DNA of 64,000 nucleotides from Octopus sinensis (GCF_006345805.1 NC_043011.1:28780464-28844463); one strand, 5' to 3'; shown: positions 38,751 through 55,045, counted from the first letter of the stretch. Program-made: numbers and translations. Notes: generated by a model not told the origin, from the sequence alone.

Positions 38751-38962
38751 GGCGGCGATTAGGCAGAATCGTTTGCAAGCCGAGCAAAACGCTTAGCGGC
38801 ATTTCGTCCGTCTTTATGTTCTGAGTTCAAATTCTGCCGCGGTCAGCTTTGTCTTCCCTTCCTTCCAGGTCGATGAAATAAGTATCAGTTGAGTACTGGG
38901 GTCCATGTAATCGACCTATCCCCTTCCTCGCAATTGTTGGCCTTGTGCCAAAATTTGAAACC
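38751..38962 (+). mobile_element. SINE family A with 20 bp TSD
   Basis: AATATATTACCGTCGTAAGG at 38733-38752 and 38963-38982. Confidence 0.9.
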
Positions 38963-40626
38963 AATATATTACCGTCGTAAGGAGGATGCAAAAAGCTTTC
39001 ATGTCTCAAGATTTTTTAGAATCTATTCTGACATATTCAAAAGAAAATTTTAAGCTCAACAACATTTCACGTCCATCGCTACAAGCCCAAAATTTCTACC
39101 CGCCCCATCCTTGTAGCGTCCGATATTAACAATAAAAGAATGAAGCCCAAAGTTGGGAACTTAGTACTGGCTTACTAATACAGACTTCTGGAGATCAGCA
39201 AAATATCATTATCATTATCGTCCTCGTTGCCGCCACTGCCATTAGCGCCAGCACCAGAAACAGTTGAGGCTACGTCACCACCATAAAGTAGCACTTCATG
39301 ATGGTGCAACAATTATGTCAACTTTATTCAAATTTCTTTTCTTCAAACTGCAAAAACCACGACGACGACGACGACGACGACGACACCACCACCACCACCA
39401 CGACCACCACCACCATCACTACGACGACGACGATAACGACGACCACCACCACCACCGGCACAATTATGATATATGCAACAACGTCATCAACAACAGGATT
39501 GGTTTCACGAGATTTTTACGTTAATAAACCTAAGCCATACTTTCACCGGATAGAGAACACGAAATCCTAAATATTGACTTATGTACATATTATATATAAT
39601 AATCACAATTATCACTTCGAGGGATCATATTTACATCTAACCTGAACATATTATACATTAATGTTACAGTTTAATTACCTTGAGTGATCATGTTTACAAA
39701 TGTCAACCAAAAATAACCAATAGGCTGTAAAGTACCCTAGCTTTTCTCACTTAGTGAGGAATTTTCTTTAAGAAAAGTGAAAATAAAGTTTAAAGTATTT
39801 TGATTGGATTTTAATTTTTGGTTTGATTTATTATAGCATATTGGAACTTTTATAAGTGCTTGGAGACAACTGAGCTTCACTCATATGGCCCATGATTACA
39901 ATCAACTGAGTAAAAATAACAAACAAGTATAAAAACGGGTTCTATGTTGCCACAAAAAACTAACGAAGAGTTACGATGCATATTAATCAGTAAATTGATG
40001 AAATAGGTATTGTTATGTTCTTGCTGGAAGCAGTTGGAACATTGTAAAATAGGCAAATTTCAATTCACATGTAACTCAATTTCAGACTCAGTGGAGCAAA
40101 CTTGTTATCAAAAGCATTCTAGTCTTTATTAGAGTTCATTCATAATATTATGTCTAGGATTACATTCTACAATGTTTATTTTTTTTACAGTGATTAAGTT
40201 GTAAAATGTGGGAGATTTGGTTGATATTTCAAGCAAGTCTTCATATCAACCACTTAGGAAATTTCTTGTTGGCTCAATAGTTATCAAAATTTTGTTTTGC
40301 TGTGCTCGAATCTTTTCATGCATATAACATATACAGAGAAGAGCTGTGTCGGATACAATCCTGCTTGACGCACTGCGCTTGCCAAAGTATTCAACCCGTA
40401 TGCTACAGGATATTCCGCCATTTTGGCTACTCTCCCCACTTAACAAATAACAAAGAACAAAGTGAATTAAAATTTATTTATTTTTTAAAAAATGTTTGTT
40501 TAATAAAATTCAATTTAAATAACAATTAAAGAAAATCGGGGAAAATATAGACAATAAGTTAAGAGGCTTTTTAAAACCAAGTCTTGGTTAAAATATCACA
40601 ATATATGATGAACTGATAGATTTCGT

Positions 40627-40634
40627 CTTTCAAG

Positions 40635-40685
<51 letters not shown>

Positions 40686-40777
40686 AAATATATATATATA
40701 TATGTATATTTATATATGTATATTTATATAGTACGCTTGCATATATATATTAAATACGTGTATATATATATATATAT

Positions 40778-40818
<41 letters not shown>

Positions 40819-40924
40819 TAATATATATTATATATATATATATATATTATATATATATATATGTACGCATTTATATATATATAATAAATATATATATAAT
40901 ATATATATATGTATATCTATAAAA

Positions 40925-40970
<46 letters not shown>

Positions 40971-41105
40971 TATATATATATATAATATATATATATACAT
41001 ATATATATGAAATTATATATATATATTTATGCATATATAATAATTATATATTTATATGCTTATATATATAATTTTATATATATATATATGTATGTATGTA
41101 TGTAT
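40627..41105. repeat. Very long (TA)n-rich tract
   Basis: Direct reading; similar tracts at 41285-41520 and 42095-42570. Confidence 0.95.
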
Positions 41106-41304
41106 GTAAAAACAACTTTTTTAAATGCATAAAAACCACAAACTGTAACAGAAAAAAAAGACTCAATACAGGTGTAAAGTCTAATGTTTATTCTAACTTT
41201 TTGACACTGACTTCCAAGCCTGTAAGAACTTAAGGAATCAGCCTGCGTAAGCTATTCCAGGCAAAAACTGAAAATCAGTCATGGATATATACATACATAT
41301 ATGC

Positions 41305-41380
<76 letters not shown>

Positions 41381-41409
41381 CATATGTGCACATATATATA
41401 TACATGTAT

Positions 41410-41477
<68 letters not shown>

Positions 41478-42100
41478 TATATATATATATATATATATAA
41501 ATATATGTGTGTGTGTGTATATAAATATTGTATATCATAAATAGTCTACTGATCATATTATATTGATTTTTTTAATATTGCTTACTGTTGTAAAGCAACG
41601 ACGGCAACAATATTAACAAATAAACACAACAACGATATTAATAACAATAATAACAACAGCACCAGCAGCAGCAGCATCAGTAAAATTCAATTCACGAAGT
41701 AAAAAAAAAAACACCCAAAAAAACCCCAGAAAGGTAAACAGCAACGATAAATAGAAAAATAACAACTGCAGTAATTACAATACTGACATCGGAAAAGCCG
41801 TAGATTTTTTAGAAGAGTGAGCATATATGAATATGTATGACGTCCATGTTTTTCCCAAAGGAAATGCAGCTTATATATATATATATAGATGCATATTTGT
41901 TGGGTGAGTTATTTACAGTAGGATATTCAACAAAACTGGGTTGTTAGGGTAGAATCAGTTTGTTAGGAGGTTGGTTTGTTTATCTACCTTACATCGTTTA
42001 CCACCGTCAATCACGACAAAAAAATATTATTACAAGTATGTAGGTATGTATGATTATATGTCTCTGTGTATACACGTTAGATACAATACATATATTAAGT

Positions 42101-42161
<61 letters not shown>

Positions 42162-42240
42162 ATATATATTATATATGTATGCATTGTATTCAAATATATG
42201 TATGTATATATGTGTGTGTATGTATGTATATAAATATATG

Positions 42241-42275
<35 letters not shown>

Positions 42276-42340
42276 TATATGTATATATATCCATATAAAA
42301 ATATATATGTATGAATGTTATATGTATATATATATGCATA

Positions 42341-42428
<88 letters not shown>

Positions 42429-42514
42429 CCAGGTGGTGCTATTAAGTTAGACATGGCCTGGGCCAATAATGGCCGAAACCTATCAAAGTATCAAAGTATA
42501 CATACACATTTATT

Positions 42515-42568
<54 letters not shown>

Positions 42569-42882
42569 TTATATATATACACCCACACATGCATATATTG
42601 TTTTTACATACATTTGTGTGCAGAAGGAAGAGGAAAAATAAATAGTTAAAATATATTAGTTTCTTTTATATACACGCACACGTGCACACACGCACGCACT
42701 CGCACACACACTCACACACACGCACACACACACACACACGCACACATACATATTCTGTTGTTCAGTAAAACTCTAGAAAAGAAGTATTCAATACACATGT
42801 ATGGTGCAGTAGTTTGTCACAGAGTTTCTCAGCAATCCCAGTGTAACAGACCACTGAAGCCAAAAACAAAAAAAAAATTCTC

Positions 42883-42919
<37 letters not shown>

Positions 42920-43249
42920 ATGTAAATACATACACACGCACAAACACATATATACATAGCTACAAACATATATACATATTGACATAAATTGGTTCACCTG
43001 CCAGTAATTAGGTCTCTCGAAGTCTCATTTTAAATTCTGTTAGGCCTTTTGCAGGGAGAAGCCTCAATGCGTGTCAGAATTTGAAAAATGTAGTTGCGAA
43101 TGAGGAGGCCTCGCTGTCTTGACGAAGGACCAACAAGAATGTTTAAAGAAGTAATAACTTGAAATGAGGTCGACTGATTTTTTTTAACGCGGAGGACGTT
43201 TAGTATTGACAACAACATATGCACATTCAAATTGGCATGCGTCGACACT

Positions 43250-43320
43250 CATCAGCGCTCATCGGCGTACATCGACGAACATCGGCGCATATCGGCGCAC
43301 ATCGGTGCACATCGGCATCC
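43250..43320 (+). repeat. 10 bp GC-rich minisatellite (CATCGGCGCA)-like x7
   Basis: Direct reading of degenerate decamers. Confidence 0.85.
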
Positions 43321-43354
43321 ACATACTAGTACTGATTACAAAACACAGACATTC

Positions 43355-43399
<45 letters not shown>

Positions 43400-43408
43400 A
43401 CACACACA

Positions 43409-43455
<47 letters not shown>

Positions 43456-44889
43456 CGCACTCTATTGTTTGTCTATATTCTTTGCACAAAAACGTCCTCA
43501 ACTGAAGCATGAGGCCATTTGCGTAAAATAGAATATAATATTGGGTATATGATTATAGCTACCTCATTATCTGCGCACAAATACACAGCTAATGAGTGGG
43601 GCTGCATGGGCCGCACTCGAGTCGCTAGAAATAGCAGCAAAATCTCACTCAAAACACAAATGGTCACAGCGGATAGTGTAGTCCTTGTTATACTGTGCCA
43701 CATAAAACAAAACAAGGAAAAGAAAACAAAAGCAAAAAAAAATAGAAACAAACAAAAAAAAAAAACAAAGGCCGAAATGCCTTTGTTCTTTTATCTTCTA
43801 CTAGTTACAGTTGTTGAGCTGCGGCCATACTGGGGCACCATCTCAAAGGGTTTTTGTCGAACAAATCGACTCCAGTACTTATTTATTTTAAAGTTTAGTA
43901 GTTGGTCTACCAATATCTTTTTGCCGAGCCGCAAGGTTACGGGGACGTAAACAAGCCAACACCAGTTACCAAGCGGTATTGGTTTGTTTACGCGCGCGCA
44001 CTCGCACACACGCGCTGCACACACTCATACGTAAATATATATATATATATATAAACCAAATACTGTTTTCTTCACACACACACATACACACGCACACACA
44101 CACACATACACACGCACGCACACACACACACAACTCGCACGCACGCATACACAGACATGTGTGTGTGTGTGTGTGTGTGAACAGGGCTTATTGGCCCTGA
44201 GAGGTGTGGACAGCATTCCTGAGTGGGGCGTGTTAAAACTTTTTAAAGGTTATTATTGTTTCTGGGCCCAAACCCAAATCTTTATGATGTAATGGTAATT
44301 AATTAATTTGTGATAATAACTTGTGATAACAAGTTGTGATGAGTATAAATTGTTATTTGGTAGTGAGATTTACACTAATACACAGAGGTGCATTCATTAA
44401 CACGTATATAATTTACATCAAGTATACATATACATATAATTCTGACCGATATCTTGTCATTATTAGAAGCTTGCTTCCCAAACACATGGTTCCGGGTTCA
44501 GTCTCACTGCGTGGCACCTTGGGCAAGTGTATTTTACTGGTAATTTATTATAACGATCCAGAAAGGATGAAAGGTAATTTTGGCTTTGACGGGTTTAAAC
44601 GTAGAATGTAAGGATCTAGAATAAATACTGTAAGAGATTTTGTCTAACGCTCTAAAAGTTCTACAATTAACGATTTTTTAATATTTTTTCATAAGAGCAA
44701 TGGGTCAGGGGATATTACACGGGAAAACGGTGGAATCGATTATGCAGAATCGTTTATGAAAAGAACAAAGGCAATGACAAATAAGACAGGGAAACTAAAA
44801 AATACAAAACTATTTGATGTGAGATGCCTCAATAGGAGAACACCCTTCAAAAACTAATTAGGAAGCTCCACAATTCCAGAATTACCTTA

Positions 44890-45400
44890 GCTACCAAGAG
44901 CATGTGCTCCCTCCAAGAAGTATTTTTCAATCTACTGGTTCATCGTACAATAAGTTCATGCTCACGAACCATTCTCATCTTATCGCTCACTTTTCTGAAA
45001 AATTTCACTGGAAGGCAGCATCTCTCTCTCTCTTTCTCTCTTTCTCTCTCCATCCTCACTTTTGTCTCCAGCTTCCGCTTGAAGAAGTTCGTGGGGGTTA
45101 TGGTCAAAGAGGCAAGCGCCGATATTGAATCCTTTCAATGTTGCCTACTATGCAGTTTCTTTCAAAATGTTCTCTAGAAAGACGAAATCTGCATGTTCAT
45201 TTTTGGCCAAATGAAAGTTGCAGGTTTGATTCTCACGATAGATTCGCTTCGTAGTCGGATCTGTTCTAGATAATCCCCAACTCTCGGGCCGTGGATCACT
45301 TGGTACCGGACCGCGCAAAAAAAAGTATTCATTTAAAAATATTATTTCTATTTTATTGACTATCGCGGCCCGCAGGATGTTTTATTTTGAAAAGTTACCA
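44890..45400. mobile_element. Possible degenerate hAT/Charlie-like DNA transposon remnant
   Basis: CCCCAACTCTCGGGCCGTGGATCACTTGGTACCGGACCGCG and GCGGCCCGCAGG resemble hAT sub-terminal motifs; no clear transposase motif. Confidence 0.3.
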
Positions 45401-45699
45401 CATCTATCTGTGCCTCTTTCTCGCACTTGTCTTGAGTCATAATTTTTTCCATGCACCTGTAAATTAAATCCACAAGCTAACTGTAACAATAATATGGACC
45501 CTAAATTCCTTTTTGTGTATATCACAATGTAATAATAATAGAAATAAAGTGCATAATACAGAATGTAATAATTTCATTTGCATTCGTCTGTATTTATTCG
45601 TATTCGAGTAGTTAATCTGTAACGAATGATTGATCCTCTTCATCCTAATGGGTACGAAGGTTGCCGGTGCTTGAGATGGCTGTTCAGGCCACGGTACTT

Positions 45700-46800
<1,101 letters not shown>

Positions 46801-46943
46801 CAGACGTACCAGCCAAGTCAGATAAAAGATGGAGCAACCTATCATGACTAGGCGGTTATAAATAGCAAATGTCACAAACGTACGTACTCAAGGCACACAA
46901 AGGTGTGTTTGGTGGAGCTGTGAATGCAGTCAATGAAAATAAG

Positions 46944-47002
<59 letters not shown>

Positions 47003-47004
47003 CG

Positions 47005-48100
47005 GCACAAGGCCAGCTATTTTAGTGGGAGGGACATGTCGATTACATCGACCTCAAAGCTTAACTGGTACTTATTTTATCGGCCCCCAAAGGATGAAAG
47101 GCAAAGTCGACCTCGGCAGAATTTGAACTCAGAACGTAATGACGGACGAAATGCCACTAAGCATTCTTTATTAACCACTGAAGGTTTATATAAAAAGAGA
47201 GTATGGCACAGAACAAAACAATACAAATAGAGTGGGAGTGAAACATGTAAATAATGAATAACAATGGAAATTTTAACAATTAAAATCCTGCTGGTGGAAG
47301 CCCTGCAAAAACCACAATCCCCCGGATCTCTACGGCAAGGCTTCTCCTCTTCATCTTCCTTCGATTTAGAGACACATGCTTAGTGTAGGCTCGTTCACTC
47401 AGGCCATTCGCCCTACATCCATCCACTTTTTAACTCATGAAATGCTGCTAAGCATTTTGTTCACCAGGCTAACGATCCTATCAGCTCGCCACTTTAATAG
47501 CAATAATAACAATGGTTTCAAATTTTGGCACAAACCCTCCATCAGTCCCGAGGAAGGGGGTAAGTCGATTAAATCGACCCCAGTATTTTTATGGTACTCA
47601 TTTTATCGCACTTCTTGTACTTATTTTATCGACCCCGAATTGATGAAGGGCAAAGCTGACCACGGCGGAGTTTGAGCTCAGAACATAAATACTGACAAAA
47701 TGCCGCTAAACATTTTGCCCAGTGTGGGAACGATTGCACCAGCTCACTATCTAAACACCAACAACAACAATCCTTTCTGCTGTAGACACACGGCCCGAAA
47801 TTTGTGTGGAGAGGGTTAATCGGTTACATCGACTTCAGTACGCAGCTGGTACTTGTTTTATCGAACCCGAAAGGATGAAAGGCAAAGTCGACCGTAGTTA
47901 AATTTGTGCTCAGAGCATAAAAGACGGACGAAATGTCGCTAAGCATTTTGCCCGGCGTGTCAACAATTCTTCCAGCTCTCCGCCTTAACAACAACAACAA
48001 CAAACAAACAAACCACAATAATGGGTTGAAATTTTGGCACAAGGCCAGCAATTCTGGGGGAAGGGCGAGATCGATTAAATCGACCCAATGTTCAACTGTT
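47005..48100 (-). mobile_element. Cluster of SINE family A copies
   Basis: Copies at about 47005-47165, 47520-47760 and 47770-47990, plus a partial copy at 48030-48100. Confidence 0.8.
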
Positions 48101-48447
48101 CCCTTCTACTTGTTTCAGGCATTTGACCGCGGCCATGCTGGAGCACCGCCTTTAGTCGAGCAAATCGACCCCAGGACTTATTCTTTGTAAGCCTAGTACT
48201 TATTCTATCGGTCTCTTTTGCCGAACCGCTAAGTTACGGAGACGTAAACACACCAGCATCGGTTGTCAAGTTGGGAGGACAAACACACACACCACACACA
48301 CATATATACGACGGGCTTCTTTCACAAGGCTTTGGTCGGCTCGAGGCTATAGTAGAAGACACTTGCCCAAGGTGCTACGCAGTGAGGATGAACCCGGAAC
48401 CATGTGGTTGGTAAGCAAGCTACTTACCACACAGCCACTCCTGCGCC
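48100..48447 (-). mobile_element. SINE family B
   Basis: Homology to 13345-13760. Confidence 0.85.
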
Positions 48448-49138
48448 TATTACTTACAGTTACATATTTTACTATTACTGTTACTTATTTTATCGATCCC
48501 GAAAAACGACGAAGGGTTAAGTTGACACAACGGAACATAGCAGTAAGGAATACTATCCAACAATATGCTTAAACAAGCCGAATAACTAATGAAATTACAG
48601 TAATTTAGCTAACGAAATATAAACCTTATACTCGTAATTGTAACAAACCTTATAATCGCAATTGCTATAGTTGTAACTGGGATAATTGAAATGATTTACA
48701 CCTAATTCTGTAAAAGCAAAAAAAAAAAAAAAATAAATAAAAAACATTGACCCAGAAGGTCAAATACAACCATGTCCCAGAAGTATATGAATTAGGGAGC
48801 TCTAAATAATGTTAGGGTCTTTCTACACAGATTTTGTTATAATGTTTTTTTTCTACTTATTTCGGTCATAGGATTACGGTCGTACTGGGCTTCAACATTG
48901 AAGGTTTTAATCAAATGTATCGACCCCAGTACATAGTTTTTCCTTGAAGTTTGGTACTTATTCCATCGGTCTCTTTTGCCGAGCCGCTAATTTACGGGGA
49001 CGTACACAAACAAACACCGGCTGTTAAGAGCGGTGGGTGGCGGTGGACTAACACAAACACAAAGACACATACACATATACATAAACACACACACACACAC
49101 ACACACACATATAAATATATCCTGTCGTATATTTGTAT

Positions 49139-49335
49139 ATACAGTAATCCCTCGACTATCATGGATTTTACTTTCCAAAACCAACCGCGATAGGTGAAAA
49201 TCCGCGAAGTAGAAATAGCACTGTATATTTAAAAAAATTATTTTTGCAATGTGTATATATTTATTTTATTATAAATGCAAAACAACACCATGGAGGAATC
49301 ACTTAAGCTTAATAAACCACGATAGGTGAACCGCG
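49139..49335 (+). mobile_element. Tigger/pogo-like MITE
   Basis: TA-CAGTAATCCCTCGACTATC left TIR; CCGCGATAGGTGAA internal repeats; degenerate right end CCGCGATATGGCAACGGATCGCTAG. Confidence 0.65.
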
Positions 49336-49403
49336 ATATGGCAACGGATCGCTAGCCACTACACATCCTTTATTTTCTCTTCTTGTTTTCTTTGTTTTGT
49401 TCT

Positions 49404-49443
49404 ATTTCTCTGTGGAAGAGCTTAGGCTCGAAACGTTAAAATT
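49404..49443 (+). ncRNA. Minimal hammerhead relic related to 2418-2452
   Basis: CTGTGGA-A-GAGC-TTAG-GCTC-GAAA-CG-TT-AAAA; stems II and III intact, core decayed. Confidence 0.5.
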
Positions 49444-49545
49444 TTTCCACTTCCGAGCGTTTATACTAATACATCTGTTTGTTGTCTACACCACCTGTCT
49501 TCGTCTTTTGTTTTTTTGTGAATTCTCTCTATTATATATATATAT

Positions 49546-49588
<43 letters not shown>

Positions 49589-49603
49589 ATATTTATATAT
49601 ATA

Positions 49604-49635
<32 letters not shown>

Positions 49636-50164
49636 TATTCTAGGGACTTCCACACTGTTTCTGTCAAGCAAATTTAATCACACGGCATTTATCAGCGCAG
49701 GCTATAACAGAAGATACGCACTCAAGGTACTGCGCAGTGGAACTAAATCCGAAATCATGTGGTTGTAAAGCAGCCTTCTTAAACACACAACAATGCATAA
49801 TTTTGATGTGTTAAAGTAGAAGAGTGATGTATTTCTGAAACCGTAAATAGTAAGTTAATAAACATAGATTGTTGAACCATGCTCAACATATAGAACTATT
49901 GCAATTTAAAATGACGGGAAATTTATTAAAATTTCTGAGTCTCGAAGCAGAAGTATTAATAGAATGAAGACCATGAAAATTGGGCAGAAATAATTAGACG
50001 AACTCTTCCAAAGTATATCATTTCTGTGAAGCAATACAACTTAACGTGAACTAGCCTAGAATGTTGTATTGTTGAGAAAATTTGAGAGCTAATATTAAGT
50101 GTCTGTATGTTTGTGGATATCTTCATGGCTACATCTGTAAATATATACTCTGATTAGTACATCA

Positions 50165-50211
<47 letters not shown>

Positions 50212-50538
50212 TAGCTGGCGCCGTGCCGTCAAGAATGAAGACTAATTGTATTTTATATGCAAATATGGATGGTAAATCAAATTAATACACTTGTCAATGT
50301 TATCTAGTGGTTGTCTTTTGAGATGTGACATCTATCATCGTTTGTTACAGAAAGAACGTTAGTCCACACATACAAATGTTCACATACTTCCCCTCGTATA
50401 CGCACACGCATACACACATGTACTCACAGAGTTGAACCGCTCCCACAACAAGTTTGCCATCACCCCTTCCTTCACTTTTCATCTATCACCCCTTCTCATT
50501 CATATATTGTGACGGAGAAAACACAAGGGTATTATTTA

Positions 50539-50582
<44 letters not shown>

Positions 50583-50584
<2 letters not shown>

Positions 50585-50806
50585 GCGGTGAGCTGGCAGA
50601 AACGTTAGCACGCCGGGCGAAATGCCAAGCAGTATTCGTCTGCCGTTACGTTCTGAGTCCAAATTCCGCCGAGGTTGACTTTGCCTTTCATCCTTTAGGG
50701 TCGATAAATAAAGTACCAGTTTCGCACTGGGGTCGAGTAATGGACTTAATCCCTTTGTATGTCCTTGTTTGTCCCCTCTACTTTTAGCCCCTTGTGGGCA
50801 GTAAAG

Positions 50807-50810
<4 letters not shown>
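50583..50810 (+). mobile_element. SINE family A
   Basis: Family A head and body inside (TA)n. Confidence 0.88.
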
Positions 50811-50858
<48 letters not shown>

Positions 50859-51699
50859 GATATATATATAATATATCTATTATATGTCTAATGATGTATA
50901 ATCGTTCTAGATTTTGGAAGAGTTCTTCTAATTATTTTCCCCTCCTTTTCATATTATTATAATTTCATACAAGTCATAATATTTCTGATCCTAGACTCTG
51001 AAATTTTAATGAATTTTCCATTCCAATATTTCTATCCATCTAACAATTTACGTTTTCGTAAACGAGATTGGAGGGTCAATACGCATTATATACTATCTGT
51101 GTGAAAAATCCTAAATATTAAATTTTACTCTTAGTTCACCCAAAAAGAAACGCTTGCTTTTTTACATGATGTAATTGTTTTGTTCATCAATAAACAACAC
51201 GTTTGAAACAGCTGTAGTGAACTTCAGTCCATCTGTGTTATTGTTTGCATATATTTATATATGCTTCACACGTGCACGTATATTCACACACGCACGTACG
51301 CACGCCTACATATATAATCATATGATAATTGAGGGGTAAGTAAACTGCTGGCAATCACTTTATAAGTACTTCATGAAGAACCTGGTTAACATAGTTTTCG
51401 AATAACCAACGGATAATTGGTTATAAATCGGTCAATTGATAAAGGAGCACTGTGCCAATCCAAGGCATGTATATCAAAATAGGTATATGATAATCCTCAC
51501 AGACTAATAATTTTTATTGACGGAAACAGAAGTTAAATCAATGTTACGTATGTTTCGGTGAACGAGCACAATTTATTTCATATTACATACAAAGCTATGC
51601 AATTCATGCATTACATTTAGAATTCATTCACTTCACTTCCTCACTGAGGAAGTGAACGAGCACTTTATTGAAGTACATATTTATTAAATAATTATATAT

Positions 51700-51747
<48 letters not shown>

Positions 51748-51765
51748 TAATATACTAATATATAT

Positions 51766-51824
<59 letters not shown>

Positions 51825-51832
51825 TATGTAAG

Positions 51833-51992
51833 CGTAGGAGTGGCTGTTTGGTAAGTTTGCTTAACAACTGTTCCTGGTTCAGTCCCACTGCATGGCACTT
51901 CAGGCAATGTCTTCTACTACACTTACTACAAACCTCAGGCCGACCAAAGCCTTGTGAGTGGATTTGGCATACGGAACTGAAAGAAGCCCGTC

Positions 51993-52056
<64 letters not shown>

Positions 52057-52785
52057 GCATTATATGTATGTGTGTGCGTATGTTTGAGTGTCTGTATTTG
52101 CCTCCCCACCAACATTACTTGACAACCGATGCTGGTGGGTTTACGTCCCCGTAACTTAGTGATTCGGCAAAGAGACTGATTGAATAAGTACTAAGAATAA
52201 GTTCTGGGATCGATTTGCTTGACTGAAACAAAAAAAAAAAAAGAATATATATATATGTACATACAAACACACGCAAAAACACATACACATATACATACGC
52301 GTGCGCGCGCGCGCACACACACACACACACTTACACAAACATACATGTATATGTGCATGTGCAAGTGTGTATGTATGTAAGCATTTGTCTGTGTGTACAT
52401 ATATTCTTTTTACTTATTTCAGTCATTTGACCGTGGCCATGCTGGAACACCGCCTTTTAGTCAAAGAAATCGACTCCTGGACTTCTTTGTAAGCCTGGTA
52501 TTTAGCGGTCTCTTCTGCCGAACTGCTAATGTACGAGGACACAAACCCACCAACATCAGCTGTCAAGCGTTGGTAGTGGTGTTAAACACAGACACAAACA
52601 CACACATAAATATATACATAAATATATATTTGACGGGATTCTTTCAATTTCCGTCAATCAAATCCACTCATAAGGCATTGGTCAATCCGAGGCTATTGCA
52701 GTAGACACTTGCCCAAGATGCCACGCAGCGAGACTGAACCCGGAACCATGTGCTTGGGAAGCAAGCTTCTTACCACACAGCCTCG
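51833..52785. mobile_element. Tail-to-tail inverted pair of SINE family B copies
   Basis: 51833-52225 (+) and 52410-52785 (-). Confidence 0.85.
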
Positions 52786-52831
52786 CTTATGTGCTGAAAA
52801 TTTATAGATGTGTGTGTGTAGGAGTGTGTGT

Positions 52832-52881
<50 letters not shown>

Positions 52882-54121
52882 AGTGCGTGTGTGTGTGTCT
52901 GTATTTGAGTAACGAGCGTAATAGGTCGGCTGGTTTAACACTTTCATTTGATACTTTGGTGTCTTTAGCGAAATTCATTCCGTTGTAAATATTCGTGCCA
53001 GACCACGGATTCCGTCACTGCAAATGGTTTTTCTGCAGATGTCAACCTCCAAATGTTCTGGCTGGGCACCGCCACATCAATTTTATCACTTAGTGAGGTC
53101 CTGCAAAGATCATGGGCTCTGTCTTGTGCCTCTTAATTTATTTGTATCTCTTTGCAAGTATATGTCTACATAAGTGTTTATGTGCTTACATGCACCTGTG
53201 AGCGAGCAACATATATAAGCCATTCTGTCGAAGCCATTCTAACAGTCGAAATGCTCTGCATCGGTGCACTTCGATTGAGAATCGAATCTGTACCGAAATG
53301 AGAGAATTATATCCTCTACCTTAACCAACCAACCAACCAACGCGTGTCCATGCAGTTTGCATGCCTCGGTAATAACTAAAGCGACAATATAATTAAAACC
53401 AAGCGCATTCGTTACAACTAACTTTTCGGCAAACAAGATTTTTTTGATGAGTTCTAAATAAATTAGGTGAGATCGGAAATATAGGAGCATAAAAGGAAAA
53501 TAAATTCGCTGCCATCGCCGCACTCATTGAAACTGTCCCTTGTAAACATAGACATGCTTTGTGAAAGACATTCATATTGAGTTAAGTTATGAGAAAAATA
53601 TTCTCACTAACATATTTTATATCATCATGTACACGGAATGGACACGTTTTCACAGACACAAAGTCATATTGGTTCTAAATTTTGGCACAATGCCAGCAAT
53701 TTCCAGGGAAGAGGGTTAAATCGAATGACCGATTCGTTTTCAACCGGTACTTATTTCATCGACCCCGAAAGGAGGAAAGGCAAAGTCGACCATGGTGGAA
53801 TTTCGTGTGCTTTAGTCTAGCAAATCGACCCCAGTACCTATTACTTGTGAGTCTGTTATTTATTCTGTCGGTCTTTTTTTGTCGAATCGCTATGTTACGG
53901 ACATGTAAACAAAGGAAAAAGCGGTGGCGTGAAAAACACGAACACATAGGCACTCACTCACTCGCAACCACACACAGACACACAAACACACACGCACATG
54001 CGCACACACATACACACACGTATATATATATATGCATGTATTTATGTATATATATATATATATCATATATATTACATGTATATATATGTATATATAAATA
54101 TATATATATATGTATGTATAT

Positions 54122-54171
<50 letters not shown>

Positions 54172-54330
54172 ATATACGACGGGCTTGTTTCAGTTTTCAC
54201 CTATCAGATCCTCTTACAAAGCTACTGTAGAAGACACTTGCCAATATGCTATGCAATGCGACTGAACCCAGAACCATGTGATTACGAAGCAAGCTTTTTA
54301 CTTCACAACCACACATGTATGTATATGCGT

Positions 54331-54361
<31 letters not shown>

Positions 54362-54434
54362 ATATATGTGTATGTGTGTGTGTGTGTGTGTGGATTCTGT
54401 GATCATTGTAACATAATATTTCACATAACATGAA

Positions 54435-54736
54435 GGCGGCGAGCAGGCCGAAACGTTAGCACGCCGGGCGAAATACTTCGCGGCATTTCGTCTGTCCTTA
54501 CGTTCTGAGTTCAAATTCTGCCGAGGTCGACTTTGCCTGTCATTCTTTCGGTGTCGATAAGTTAAATAGCAGTTGCGTACTGGGGTCGATCTAAAATGTC
54601 TCCAAAAACTTCGAGCCTTGTGCCTAGAGTAGAAAAGAATATTTAACAAAAAGCATAACTTTTATTCAAAAGAATGACATTTCGAGCGTTTGTATAACAA
54701 CCACCAACGTATGCGATATAATTGTATATATTTTTT

Positions 54737-54800
<64 letters not shown>

Positions 54801-55045
54801 GTGTAATGAAAATAAGAAGTCTTGTTTATACTGATTTAAAATTTTGCACAAGGCCAGCAATTTCGGAGGAAGGGTAAGTCGATTACATCGACCCCAGTGC
54901 TCAACTGGTACTTACTTTATCGACCCCGAAAGGATGAAAGGCGAAGTTGACCTCGACGGAATTTGAACTCAGAACGTGAAGACGGACGAAATACCGGTTA
55001 GTATTTCGGCCGGCGTGCTAACGATTCAGCCAGCTCGCCGTCTCA
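54435..55045. mobile_element. Tail-to-tail inverted pair of SINE family A copies
   Basis: 54435-54640 (+) and 54840-55045 (-), with (TA)n in the spacer. Confidence 0.85.

Noticed and set aside
42455-42486. CTG-GGCCA-ATAA-TGGCC-GAAACCTA
   Set aside because: Good stem II and GAAA, but ANGA is missing and stems I and III fail.
51628-51655. TTCACTTCCTCA-C-TGAGGAAGTGAA 12 bp palindrome
   Set aside because: Real but short; contains CTGAGGA without a ribozyme fold, and no function can be supported.
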